64,000 nucleotides of DNA. Origin: Azolla caroliniana (Eukaryota > Plantae > Polypodiophyta). Below the pieces are notes generated by a model. That model worked only from the letters and a program-made list of their open reading frames with translations. It was not told where the DNA came from and searched no databases. This document shows positions 21,964 through 35,757 of the stretch, in pieces. Both the position numbers and the translations under genes were made by a program. Position 1 is the first letter of the stretch. Every line of letters begins with the position of its first letter. The stretch covers positions 1-64,000 of the forward strand of contig JBHGNT010000023.1 in assembly GCA_043228905.1 (NCBI GenBank), in the 5' to 3' direction.

Positions 21964-24900
21964 TCACACATGCGAATCGAAGCTAATGAAACACTCTATC
22001 ATATGGAATTGAAAAATCATAATTTTGAAATTCAGGTTGAGAGACATGAAGGAAAAAGCAATGTTGAGGAGGGCGTAGACAAGAGAGCGTGAGTAAATGA
22101 AAATGTTCATACCTGGCTCATGTGATATCGGACTTTGGTGGTCACAAATGTGAATCGAAGCTAACAACGCACTCTATAATCTGGAATTGAAAAATCATGA
22201 TTTTGAAACTCAGGTCAAGAGACATGAAGGAAAAAGCAAAGTTGAGGAGGGTGTAGACAAGAGCGTGTGATTCAATGAAAATGTTCATACCTAGCTCGTA
22301 TGATATCAGATTTTTGTGATCACACATGCGAATCGAAGCTAACAACACACTCTATCATATAGACTTGAAGAATCATAATTTTAAAACACAGGTTGAGAGA
22401 CATGAAGGAAAAAGCAAACTTGAGGAGGGCGTAGTCAAGAATGCGTGAGTAAATGAAAATGTTCATACTTGGTTGGTGTGATATCGGATTTTGGTGATCA
22501 CAGATGTGAATCGAAGCTAACAAAGCTAGCTATGATATACGATTGGAAAATCATGATTCTGAAACTCAGGTCGAGAGACCTGAAGGAAAAAGCAAAGTTG
22601 AGGAGGGCATAGACAAGAACGCGTGAGTAAACGAAAATGTTCATACCTAGCTCGTGTGATATCGGATTATGGTGATCACACAGGCGAATGAAAGCTAACA
22701 ACGCTAGCTATGATATACAATTGGAAAATCATGATTTTGAAACTCAGGTCGAGAGAAATGAAGGAAAAAGCAAAGTTGAGGACGACGTAGACAAGAGTGC
22801 GTGAGTAAATGAAAATGTTCACATCTGGTTTGTGTAATATCGGATTTTGGTGGTCACACATGCGATTGGAACCTAACGACACACTCTTTCATATGGAATT
22901 GAAAAATGATGATTTCGAAACTCAGGTCATGGGAAATGAAGGAAAAATTGAAATTGAGGATGGCGTAGACAAGAGCGCGTGAGTAAATGAACATGTTCAT
23001 ACCTAGTTCGTGTGATATTAGATTTTCGTGTTGAAACATGCTCTTCCAAGTTAACAACGCTAGCTATGATATACAATTCAAAAATCAAGATTTTGAAACT
23101 CAGGTTGAGAGACATGATTTTGAAACTCAGGTCGAGATATGAAGGGAAAAGGAAAGTTGAGGAGGGCGTAGACAAGAGCACGTGAGTAAATCAAAATGTT
23201 CATACCGGGTTTACGTGATGTCGGATTTTGGTGGTCACACATGCGATTGGAAGCTCACGATGCACTCTTTCATATGGAAATGAAAAATCATGATTTTGAA
23301 ACTCAGGTCGTGAGAAATGAAGGAAAAAGCCAAATGTAGGACAACGTAGACAAGAGCGCATGAGTAAAGGAACGTGCTCATACCTAGCTCGTGTGGTATT
23401 AGATTTTTGTGTTGAAACATGCTCATCGAAGCTAACAACGCTAGCTATGATATACAATTCAAAAATCATGATTTTGAAACTCAGGTTGAGAGACATGAAA
23501 GAGAAAGCCAAATTGAGGACGGCGTAAACAACAGTGCGTGAGTAAATGAAAATGTTCATATCTGGCTTGTGTGATATCGGATTTTGGTGGTCACACATGC
23601 GAATCGAAGCTAACAACGCTATCTATGATATACAATTGGAAAATCATGATTTTGAAACTCAAGTCGACAGACATGAAGGAAAAAGCCAAGATCAGGACGA
23701 CGTCGACATGACTGCGTGAGTAAATGAAAATGTTCATACCTGGCTTGTGTGATATCGGATTTTGGTCATCACACATGCGCATCGAAGCTAAGGACACACT
23801 CTATAATCTGTAATTGAAAATTCATGATTTTGAAACTCACGTCGAGATACATGAAGGAAAAAGTCAAATTGAGGACGGCGTAGACAACAATGCGTGAGTA
23901 AATGAAAATGTTCATACCTGGGTCATGTGATACCTGGTAACACATGCAATTGGAAGCTAACAATCGTAGCTATGATATACAATTGGAGTATCATGACTTT
24001 GAAACTCAGGTCGACGGACATGAACGAAAAAGCCCAGTTGAGGACACTGTCTACATGAGCGTATGAGTAAATGAAAATGTTCATACCTAGCTCGTGTAAC
24101 ATCGTCTTTTGGTTGTCACACATGCGAATCGAAGCTAACGACAAAATCTATCATATGGAAACTACAAATCATGATTTTGAAACTCAGGTGGAGAGACATG
24201 AAGGGAAAAGGAATGTTGAGGAGGGCGTAGACAAGAGCACGTGAGTAATTGAAAATGTTCATACCTGGTTTGTGTGATGTCGGATTTTGGTGGTCACACA
24301 TGCGATTGGAAGCTAACGACGCACTCTTTTATATGGAATTGAAAAATCATGATTTCGAAACTCAGGTCGTGAGAAATGAAGGAAAAAGCCAAATGGAGGA
24401 CGACGTAGACATGAGCGCGTGAGTAAATGAACATGTTCATACCTAGCTCGTGTGATATTAGATTTTTGTGTTCAAAAATGCTCATCGAAGCTATCAACGC
24501 TAGCTATGATATACAATTCAAAAATCAAGATTTTAAAACTCAGGTTGAGAGACATGAAAGAAAAAGCCAAGTTGAGGACGGCGTAGACAATAGTGCGTAA
24601 GTAAATGAAAATGTTCATATCTGGCTCGTGTGATATCAGATTTTGGTGGTCACACATGCGATTGAAAGCTAACGACGCACTCTTTCATATGGAATTGAAA
24701 AATCATGATTTTGAAGCTCAGGTCGTGAGAAATGAAGGAAAAAGGAAAATAGAAGACGACGTAGACAAGAGCGCGTGAGTAAATGAACATGTTCATACCT
24801 GGCTCGTGTGATATTAGATTTTTGTGTTGAAACATGCTTATCGAAGCTAACAACGCTAGCTATGATATCCAATTCAAAAATCATGATTTTGAAACTCAGG

Positions 24901-27900
24901 TCGAGAGACATGAAAGAAAAAGTAAAATTCAGGACGACGTAGACAACTGTGCGTGAGTAAATGAAACTGTTCATATCTGGCTTGTGTGATATCGTATTTT
25001 GGTGGTCACACATGCGAATAAAAGCTAACAACGCTAGCTATGATATACAAATAGAAAATCATGATTTTGAAACTCAAGTCAACAGACATGAAGGAAGAAG
25101 CCAAGTTGAGGACGGCGTCCACATGAGTGCGTGAGTAAATGAAAATGTTCATACCTGGCTTGTGTGACATCGTATTTTGGTTGTCACACATGCTAATAGA
25201 AGCTAACGACAAACTTTATCATATGAAAACTACAAATCATGATTTTGAAACTCAGTTGGAGGGACATGAAGGGAAAAGGAATGTTGAGGAGGGCGTAGAC
25301 AAGAGCACGTGAGTAAATGAAAATGTTCATCCCTGGTTTGTGTGATGGCGGATTTGGTGGACACACATGCGATTGGAAGCTAGCGACGCACTCTTTCATA
25401 TGGAATTGAAAAATCATGATTTTGAAACTCAGGTCGTGAGAAATGAAGGAAAAAGACAAATGGAGGACGACGTAGACAACAGTGCGTGAGTAAATGAACA
25501 TTTTCATACCTAGCTCGTGTGATATTAGATTTTTGTGTTGAAAAATGCTAATCGAAGCTATCAACGCTAGCTATGATATACAATTCAAAAATCAAGATTT
25601 TAAAACTCAGGTCGAGAGACATGAAAGAAAAAGCCAAGTTGAGGACGGCGTAGACAATAGTGCGTGAGTAAATGAAAATGTTCACACCTGTCTCGTGTGA
25701 TATTGGATTTTGGTGGTGACCCATGCGAATCGAAGCTAACAACGGTAGCTATGATATACAATTGGAGAATCATGAACTTGAAATTCAGGTCGATGGCCAT
25801 GAAGAAAAAAGCCATGTTGAGGACACCATCTACATGAGCGTGTGAGTAAATGAAAATGTTCATACCTGGCTCGTGTGGCATCGTATTTTTGTTGTCACAC
25901 ATTCGAATCGAACCTAACGAGAAACTTTATCATATGGAATTGACAAATCATGATTCTTAAACTCAGGTAGACAGACATGAAGGAAAAAGGAAAGTAAATG
26001 AAAATGAAAAGTAAATGACAATGAAAAAGGAAAGTAAATGAAAAGGAAAGTCAGGTAAACAAGAGCGCGTCAGTAAATGAAAATGTTCCTACCTGGTTTG
26101 TGTGATATCAGATTTTGGTAGTCACACATGCGATTGGAAGCTAACAACGCACTCTTTCACATGGAATTGAAAAATCATGATTTCGAAACTCAGGTCATGA
26201 GAAATGAAGGAAAAAACGAAATTGAGGATGGCGTAGACAAGAGCGCGTGAGTAAATGAACATGTTCATACCTAGCTCGTGTGATATTAGATTTTTGTGTT
26301 GAAACATGATCATCAAAGCTATCAACGTTAGCTATGATATACAATTTAAGAATCATGATTTTGAAACTCAAGTCGAGATACATGAAAGAAAAAGCCAAGT
26401 TGAGGACGGCGTAGACTAAAGCGTGTGAGTAAATGAAAATGCTCATACCTGGCTCGTGCCATATCGCATTTTTGTGTTCAAACATGCGAATCGAAGCTAA
26501 TGAAGCACTCTATCATATGGAATTAAAAAATCATGATTTTAAAACTCAGGTCGACATACATGAAGGAAAAGACCAAGTTGAGGACGACGTACACAAGAGC
26601 GCGTGAGTAAATGAAAATGTTCAGACGTGGTTCGTGTCATATTGGATATTGGTCGTCACACATGCAAATCGAAGCTAACGAAGCAGTCTATCAAATGGAA
26701 TTAAAAAATCATGATTTTGAAACTCAGGTCGAGATACATGAAGGAAAAAGCCAAGTTGAGGACGGCGTAAACAAGAGCGCGTGAGTAAATGAAAATGTTC
26801 ATACCTGGCTTATATCATATCGGATTTTTGTGTTCAAACATAAGAATCGAAGCTAACGAAGCATTCTATCATAGGGAATTCAAAAATCATGATTTTGAAA
26901 CTGAGGTCGAGATACATGAAGGAAAAAGTCAAGTTGAGGACGGCGTAGACAAGACCGCGTGAGTAAATGAAAATGTTCATACCTGGTTCGTGTGATATTG
27001 GATTTTGCTGGTCACACATGCGAATTGAACCTTACGACAAACTTTATTATATGGAATTAACAAATCATGGTTTTGTAATTCAGGTAGAGAGACATGAAGA
27101 AAAAAGGAATGTTGAGGACGACGTAGAAAAGAGCGCGTGAGTAAATGAACATGTTCATACCTAACTCGTGTGATATTAGATTTTTGTGTTGAAACATGCT
27201 CATCGAAGCTATCAACGCTAGCTATGATATACAATTCAAAAATCATGATTTTGAAACTCAAGTCGAGATACATGAAAGAAAAAGCCAAGTTGACGACGGC
27301 GTAGACTAAACTGCGTGAGTAAATGAAAATGTTCATACCTGGCTCGTGTCATATCGAATTTTTGTCTTCAAACATGTGAATCGATCCTAACGACGCAATC
27401 TATCATATGGAATTAAAAAATAATGATTTTGAAACCCAGGTCGAGATACATGCAGGAAAAAGCCAAGTTGAGGACGGCGTAGACAAGAGCGCGTGAGTAA
27501 ATGAAAATGTTCATACCTGGTTCGTGTCATATCGGATATTGGTGGTCACACATGCAAATTTAAGCTAACGAAGCAGTCTATCAAATGGAATTAAAAACTC
27601 ATGATTTTGAAACTCAGGTCGAGATACATGAAGGAAAAAGCCAAGTTGAGGACGGCGTAGACAAGAGCGTGTGAGTAAATGAAAATGTTCAGACCTGGCT
27701 CGTATCATATCAGATTTTTGTGTTCAAACATACGAATCGAAGCTGACAAAGCACTCTATCACATGGAATTAAAAAATCATGATTTTGAAACTCAGGTCGA
27801 GATACATGAAGGAAAAATTTAAGTTGAGGACGGCGTAGAGAAGACCGCGTGAGTAAATGAAAATGTTCATACCTGGTTCGTGTGATATTGGATTTTGCTG

Positions 27901-30900
27901 GTCACACATGCGAATTGAACCTTACGACAAACTTTATTATATGGAATTGACAAATCATGCTTTTGAAACTCAGGTGGAGAGACATGATGGAAAAAGGAAA
28001 TTGAAAAATTGAAAAATCAATATTTTGAAACTCAGGTCAAGACACATGAAGAAAAACGCCAAGTTGAGGACGTCGTAGAGAAGAACATGTGAGTAAATGA
28101 AAACGTTCATACCTAGCTTGTTTGAGATCGGATTTTGGTGGTCACACATGAAAATCGAAGGTAATGAAACACCCTATCATATGGAATTGAAGAATCATGA
28201 TTTTGAAGCTTAGGTCGAGATACATGAAGGAAAAAGAAAAGTTTAGGACGACGTAGACAAGAGCGCGTGACTAAATGAAAATGTTCATAACTGGCTCGCT
28301 GATATTGGATTTTGGTGGTCACACATGCGAATTGAAGCTAACAACGCTAGCTATGATATACAATTGGAGAATCATGACTTTGAAACTTAGGTCGACGGAC
28401 ATGAAGGAAAAAGCCAAGTTGAGGACACCGTCGACATGAGCATGTGAGTAAATGAAAATGTTCATACCTGGTTCGTGTGACATCAGATTTTCTTTGTCAC
28501 ACATGTGAATCGAAGCTAATGACAAACTTGATCATATGGAATTGACAAATCATGATTTTGAAACTCAGGTAAAGAGACATGAAGGAAAAAGGAACGTTGA
28601 GGACGACGTAGACAAGAGCACGTGAGTAAATGAAAATGTTCATACCTGGCTTGTGTGATATCGGATTTTGGTGGTCACACATGCGATTGGAACCTAACGA
28701 TGCACTCTATCATTTGGAATTGAAAAATCTTGATTTTGCAACTCTGGTCGTAGGAAATGAAGGAAAAAGCCAAATGGAGGACTGCGTGAGTAAATAAAAA
28801 TGTTCATACCTAGCTCGTGTGATATTAGATTTTTGTGTTGAAATATGCTGATCGAAGCTAACAACGCTAGCTGTGATATACAATTCAAAAATCATGATTG
28901 TGAAACTTAGGTCGAGAGACAGGAAAGAAAAAGCGAAGTTGAGGATGGCGTAGACAAGAGTGCGTGAGTAAATGAAATTGTTCATACTTGGCTCGTGTCA
29001 TATCGGATGTTTGTGTTTAAACATGCGTTGAGAAGCTAATGAAGAATTCTATAATCTCAAATTGAAAAATCATTATTTTGAAACTCAGGTCAAGACACAT
29101 GAAGGAAAACGCCATGTTGAGGACATCGTACAGAAGAGCGTGTGAGTAAATGAAAATGTTCATACCTAGCTCGTTTGATATCGAATTTTGGTGGTCACAC
29201 ATGCGAATTGAAGGTAATGATACACTCTATCATATGGAAATGAAGAATCATGATTTTGAAACTTAGGTCGAGATGCATGAAGGAAAAAGCAAAGTTGAGG
29301 ACGACATAGACAAGAGCGCATGAGTAAATGAAAATGTTAATATCTGGCTCGTGTGATATTGGATTTTGGTGGTCACACATGCGAATTGAAACTAACAACG
29401 CTAGCTATGATATACAATTGGTGGTCACAAGTGCAAATGGAACCTAACGACGCACTCTATCATATAGGATTAAAAAATCATGATTTTGAAACTCACGTCG
29501 AGAGACATGAAGAAAAAAGCAACGTTGAGAAAGTCGTAGACATCAGCGCGTACGTAAATGAAAATGTTTATATCTCGCTCCTGTGATATCAGATTTTTGT
29601 GTTCAAACTTTCGACTCGATGCTAACAATGCTAGTTATGATATACAATTCAAAAATGATGATTTTGAAACTCAAGTCGAGAGACATAAAGGAAAAAGCCA
29701 AGTTGAGGATAGCATAGACAAGAGCGTGTGAGTAAATGAAAATGTTCATACCTAGCTCGTGTGATATCGGATTTTTGTGGTCACACATGCGAATCGAAGC
29801 TAACGACGCACTCTATAATCTAGAATTGAAAAATCATGGATTTGAAACTCTGGTTGAGATACATGATGGAAAAAGCCAAGTTGATAACAACGTAGAAAAG
29901 AGCGGTTCAGTAAATGAAAATATTGATACCTGGCTCGTGTGATATCGGATTTTTGTGTTCAAACATGCGAATGGAAGTTAACAATACTAACTATTATATA
30001 CAATTGTAAAATCATGATTTTGAAACTCAGGTCGAGAGACATGAAGGAAAAAGCAAATTTGAGGAGGGCGTAGACAAGAGCGCGTGAGGAAATGAAAATG
30101 TTGATACGTGTCCCATGTGATATCGGATTTTGGTGGTCACAATGCGAATCAAAGCTAACAATGCTAGCTATGATATACAATTGGAGAATCATGACTTTGA
30201 AACTCAGGTCGAGGGACATAAAGGAAGAGACCAAGTTGAGGACACCGTCGACATAAGTGTGTGAGTAAATTAAAATGTTCATACCTGGCACGTGTGACAT
30301 CGAATTTTGGTTGTCACACATGCTAATAGAAGCTAACGACAAACTTTATCATATGGACTTGACGAATCATGATTTCGAAACTCTGATCCAGATATATGAA
30401 GCAAAAAGCAAAGTTGAGGACGGAGTAGAGAAGAGCGTGTGAGTAAATGAAAATGTTCATACCTGGCTCGTGTCATATCGGATTTTTGTGGTCACACATG
30501 CGAATCGAAGCTAACGGCAAAGTTTATCATATGGACTTGACGAATCATGATTTCGAAACTCAGATCCAGATATATGAAGCAAAAAGCAAAGTTGAGGACG
30601 GTGTAGACACGAGCGCGTGAGTAAATGACAATGTTCATACCTAGCTCGTGTCATATTGGATGTTTGTGTTCAAACCTGCGAATTGAAGCTAACGATGAAC
30701 TCTATAATCTGGATCAAAAAATCATGATTTTGAAACTCAGGTCGAGATACATGAAAGGAAAAGCCAAATTGAGGACAGGGTAGACAAGAGTGCGTGAGTA
30801 AATGAAAATGTTTATAGCTGGATCGTGTGACATCGGATTTTTTTGTTCAAACATGCGAATCGAAGCTAACAAAGAACTCTATAATATCAATTTGAAAAAT

Positions 30901-33900
30901 CACAGTTTTGAAACACAGGTCGAGAGACATGAAGGAAAAAGCCAAGTTGAGGACAACGTCGACATGAACGTGTGAGTAAATGAAGATGTTCATAACTAGC
31001 TGGTGTTATATCCAACTTTTGTGGTCACACATGGGAATCGAAGCTAACGACGCACTGTAATATCTGGAATTGGAAAATCATAATTATCAAACTTTGGTCG
31101 ACATACATGAAGGAAAAAGCCAAGTTGAGAACAACGTAGACAAGAGCGCGTGAGTAAATGAAACTGTTCATACCTGGCTCGTGTGACATCGGATTTTTGT
31201 TGTCACACATGCGAATCGAACCTAACGAGAAACTTTATCATATGGAATTGACAAATCATGATTTTGAAACTCAGATAGAGAGACATGAAGGAAAAAGGAA
31301 AGTTGAGAAGGGTGTAGACAAGAGCGCGTTAGTAAATGAAAATGTTCCTACCTGGTTTGTGTGATATCGGATTTTGGTGGTCACACATGCCATTCGAAGC
31401 TAACGACGCACTCTTTCATATGAAATTGAAAAGTCATGATTTCGAAACTCAACTCATGAGAAATGAAGGAAAAAGCGAAATTGAGGACGGCGTAGACAAG
31501 AGCGCGTGAGTAAATGAACATGTTCATACCTACCTCGTGTGATATTAGATTTTTGTGTTGAAACTTGCTCATCGAAGATGTCAACGCTAGCTATCATATA
31601 CAATTTAAAAATCATGATTTTGAAACTCAGGTCGTCATACATGAAAGAAAAAGCCAAGTTGAGGACGGCGTAGACTAAAGCGCGTAAGTAAATGAAAATG
31701 TTCATACCTGGCTCGTGTCATATCAGATTTTGGTGGTCACACATGCAAATCGAAGCTAACGAAGCACTCTATCAAATGGAATTAAGAAATCATGATTTCG
31801 AAACTCAGGTCGAGATACATGAAGGAAAAAGCCAAGTTGAGGACGGCGTAGACAAGAGCGCGTGAGTAAAATAAAATGTTCATACCTTGCTCGTATCATA
31901 TCGGATTTTTGTGTTTAAACATAAGAATCGAAGCTAACGAAGCACTCTATCATACGGAATTAAAAAATCATGATTTTGAAACTCAGGTCGATATACATGA
32001 AGGAAAAAGTTAAGTTGAGGACGGCGTAGACAAGACCGCGTGAGTAAATGAAAATATTCATACCTGGCTCGTGTGATATTGGATATTGGTGGTCACACAT
32101 GCGCATTGAAGTTAACGACAAACATTATTATATGGAAATGACAAATCATGCTTTTTTAATTCAGGTAGAAAGACATGAAGGAAAAAGGAATGTTGAGGAC
32201 GACGTAGAAAAGAGCGCCTGAGTAAATGAACATGTTCACACCTAGCTCATGTGATATTAGATTTTTGTGTTGAAACATGCTCATCGAAGCTATGATATAC
32301 AATTCAAAAATCATGATTTTGAAACTCATGTCGAGATACATGAAAGAAAAAGCCAAATCGAAGCTAACGAAGCACTCTATCAAATGGAATTAAAAAATCA
32401 TGATTTTGAAACTCAGGTCAAGATACATGAAGGAAAAAGCCATGTTGAGGACGGCGTACAAGAGCGTGTAAGTAAATGAAAATGTTCATACCTGGCTCGT
32501 ATCATATCGGATTCTTGTGTTCAAACATACGAATCGAACTAACAAAAGCACTGTATCATATGGAATTAAAAAATCATGATTTTGAAACTCAGGTCGAGAT
32601 ACATGAAGGAAAAAGTTAAGTTGAGGACGACGTAAACAAGACCACGTGAGTAAATGAAAATGTTCATACCTGGCTCGTGTGATATTGGATTTTGCTGGTC
32701 ACACATGCGAATTGAACCCAATGACAAACTTTATTATATGGAATTGACAAATCATGCTTTTGAAACTCAGGTAGAGAGACATGAAGGAAAAAGCAATGTT
32801 GAGGACGACGTAGACAAGAGCGTGTGAGTAAATGAAAATGTTCATACCTAGCTCGTGTATTATTAGATTTTTGTGTTGAAATATGCTCATCGAAGCTAAC
32901 AACACTTGCTATGATATACAATTCAAAAATCATGATTTTGAAACTCAGGTTGAGAGACATGAAAGAAAAAGCCAAGTTGAGGACGGTGTAGACAAGAGCG
33001 TGTGAGTAAATCAAAATGTTCATACTTGGCTTGTGTCATATCGGATGTTTGTTTTGAAACATGCGTTGCGAAGCTAATGAAGAATTCTATAATCTCAAAT
33101 TGAAAAATCATTATTTTGAAACTCAGGTCAAGACACATGAATGAAAACGCCATGTTGAGGACGTCGTAGAGAAGAGCGCGCGAGTAAAGGAAAATGTTCA
33201 TACCTAGCTCGTTTGATATCGGATTTTCGTGGTCTCACATGCGAATCGAAGGTAATGACACAGCCTATCATATTGAATTGAAGAATGATGATTTTGAAGC
33301 TCAGGTCGAGATACATGAAGGAAAAAGCAAAGTTTAGGACGAGGTAGACAAGAACGCGTGACTAAATGAAAATGGTCATACCTGGCTCGTGTGATATTGG
33401 ATTTTGGTGGTCACACATGCGAATTGAAGCTAACAACGCTAGCTATGATATACACTTGGAGAATCATGACTTTGAAACTCAGGTCGATGGACATGAAGGA
33501 AGAAGCCAAGTTCAGGACACCGTTGACATGAGCGTGTGAGTAAAATGAAAATGTTCATACCTGGCTCGTGTGTCATCGGATTTTGGTTGTCATACATGCG
33601 CATTGAAATTAACAACAAACTTTATCATATGGAATTGACAAATCATAATTTTGAAACTCAGGTAGAGAGACATGAAGGAAGAAGGAATGTTGAAGACGAC
33701 GTAGACAAGAGCGCGTGAGTAAATGAAAAATGTTCATACATGGCTTGTGTGATATTGGATTTTGGTGGTCACACATGCGATTGGAAGCTATAGACACACT
33801 CTATTGTTGGGAATCGAAAAATCATGATTTTTAAACTAAGGTCATGAGAAATTAAGGAAAAAGCAAAATGGAGGACGACGTAGACAAGAGCGTGTGAGTA

Positions 33901-35757
33901 AATGAAAATGTTCATAGCTAGCTCGTGTGATATCGGATTTTTGTGGTCACACATGTGAATCGAAGCTAACGACGCACTCTATAATTTGGAATTGAAAAAT
34001 CATGGATTTGAAACTATGGTTGAGATACATGAAGGAAAAAGCCAAGTTGATAACAGCGTAGACAAGAGCGCCTCAGTAAATGAAAATGTTCATACCTAGC
34101 TCGTGTGATATCGGATTTTTGTGTTCAAACTTGTGAATGGAAGTTAACAATGCTAACTATGATATACAATTGAAAAATCATGATTTTGAAACTCAGGTCG
34201 AGAGACATGATGGAAAAAGCAAAGTTGAGGAGGGCGTAGACAAGAGCGCGTGAGGAAATGAAAATATTGATATGTGTCCCGTGTGATATCGGATTTTGGT
34301 GGTCACACATGCAAATGAAAGCTAACAACGCTAGCTATGATATACAATTAGAGACTCATGACTTTGAAACTCAGGTCGACGGACATGAAGGAAAAAGCCA
34401 AGTTGAGGACACCATCGACATAAGCATGTGAGTAAATGAAAATGTTCATACCTGGCTCGTGTGACATCGGATTTTGGTTGTCACACATGCGAATGGAAGC
34501 TAACGACAAACTTCATCATATGGAATTGACAAATCGTGATAGTTAAACTTAGGTAAAGAGATATGAAGGAAAAAGAAAAGTTGAGGACGGCGTAGACAAG
34601 AGCACGTGAGTACATGAAAATGTTCATACCTGGTTTGTGTGATATCGGATTTTGCTGATCATACATGCGATTGGAAGCTAACAACGCAGTCTTTCATAGG
34701 GAATTGAAAAATCATGATTTTGAACTCAGATCATGAGAAATCAAGGAAAAAGCAAAATTGAGGACGACGTAGACAAGAGCGCGTGAGTAAATGAACATGT
34801 TTTTACCTTGCTCATGTGATATTAGATTTTTGTGTTGAAAGGTGCTAATCGAAGCTATCAACGCTAGCTATGATATACAATTCAAAAGTCATGATTTTGA
34901 AACTCAGGTCGAGAGACATGAAGGAAAAAGCCAAGTTGAGGATGGCGTAGACAAGAGCGCGTGAGTAAATGAAAATGTTCATACCTGGCTTATATCATAT
35001 CGGATTTTTGTTTTCAAACATGCGAATGAAGGCTAACAATGCTAGCTATGATATATAATTGGAAAATCATGATTTTGAAACTCAGGGCGAGAGACATGAA
35101 AGAAAAAGCCAAGTTGAGGACGGCGTAGACAAGAGCGCATGAGTAAATGAAAATGTTCATACCTGGCTCGTGTCAGGTCGGATTTTTGTGTTCAAACATG
35201 CGAATCAAAGATAATGAAGCACTCTATTATATGCAATTAAAAAATAATGATTTTGAAACTCAGGTCAAGATACATGATGTAAAAAGCAAAGTTGAGGACG
35301 ACGTAGACAAGAGCGCGTAATTAAATGAAAATGTTCATACCTGGCTCGTGTCATATCGGATTTTTGTGGTCAAACATGGGAATCGAAGCTAACGAAGCAC
35401 TATATCATATGAAATTAAGAAATCATGATTTTGAAATTCAGGTCTAGATATATGAAGGAAAAAGCCAAGTTGAGGAGGTCGTAGACAAGAGCGCGTGAGT
35501 ATATGAAAATGTCCATACCAGGCTTGTGTGATATCGGATTTTGGTGTTGAAACATGCGAATTGATGCTAACGACGCACTCTATCATATGCAATTGAAAAA
35601 TAACAATTTTGATACTCAGGTCGAGAGACATGAAGGAAAAATCCAAGTTGAGGACGACGTAGACAAGAGCGTGTGAGTAAATTAAATTGTTCATACCTGG
35701 CCCGTGTGATATCGGATTTTTGTGTTCAAACATTCGAATCGATGCTAACGACGAACT
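21964..35757 (+). repeat. 178-bp satellite, diverged layer (~77 monomers)
   Basis: tcacacatgcgaatcgaagctaa-type anchor at 21964, 22142, 22320, 22498, 22676, 22854; many substitutions and indels between monomers. Confidence 0.97.
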
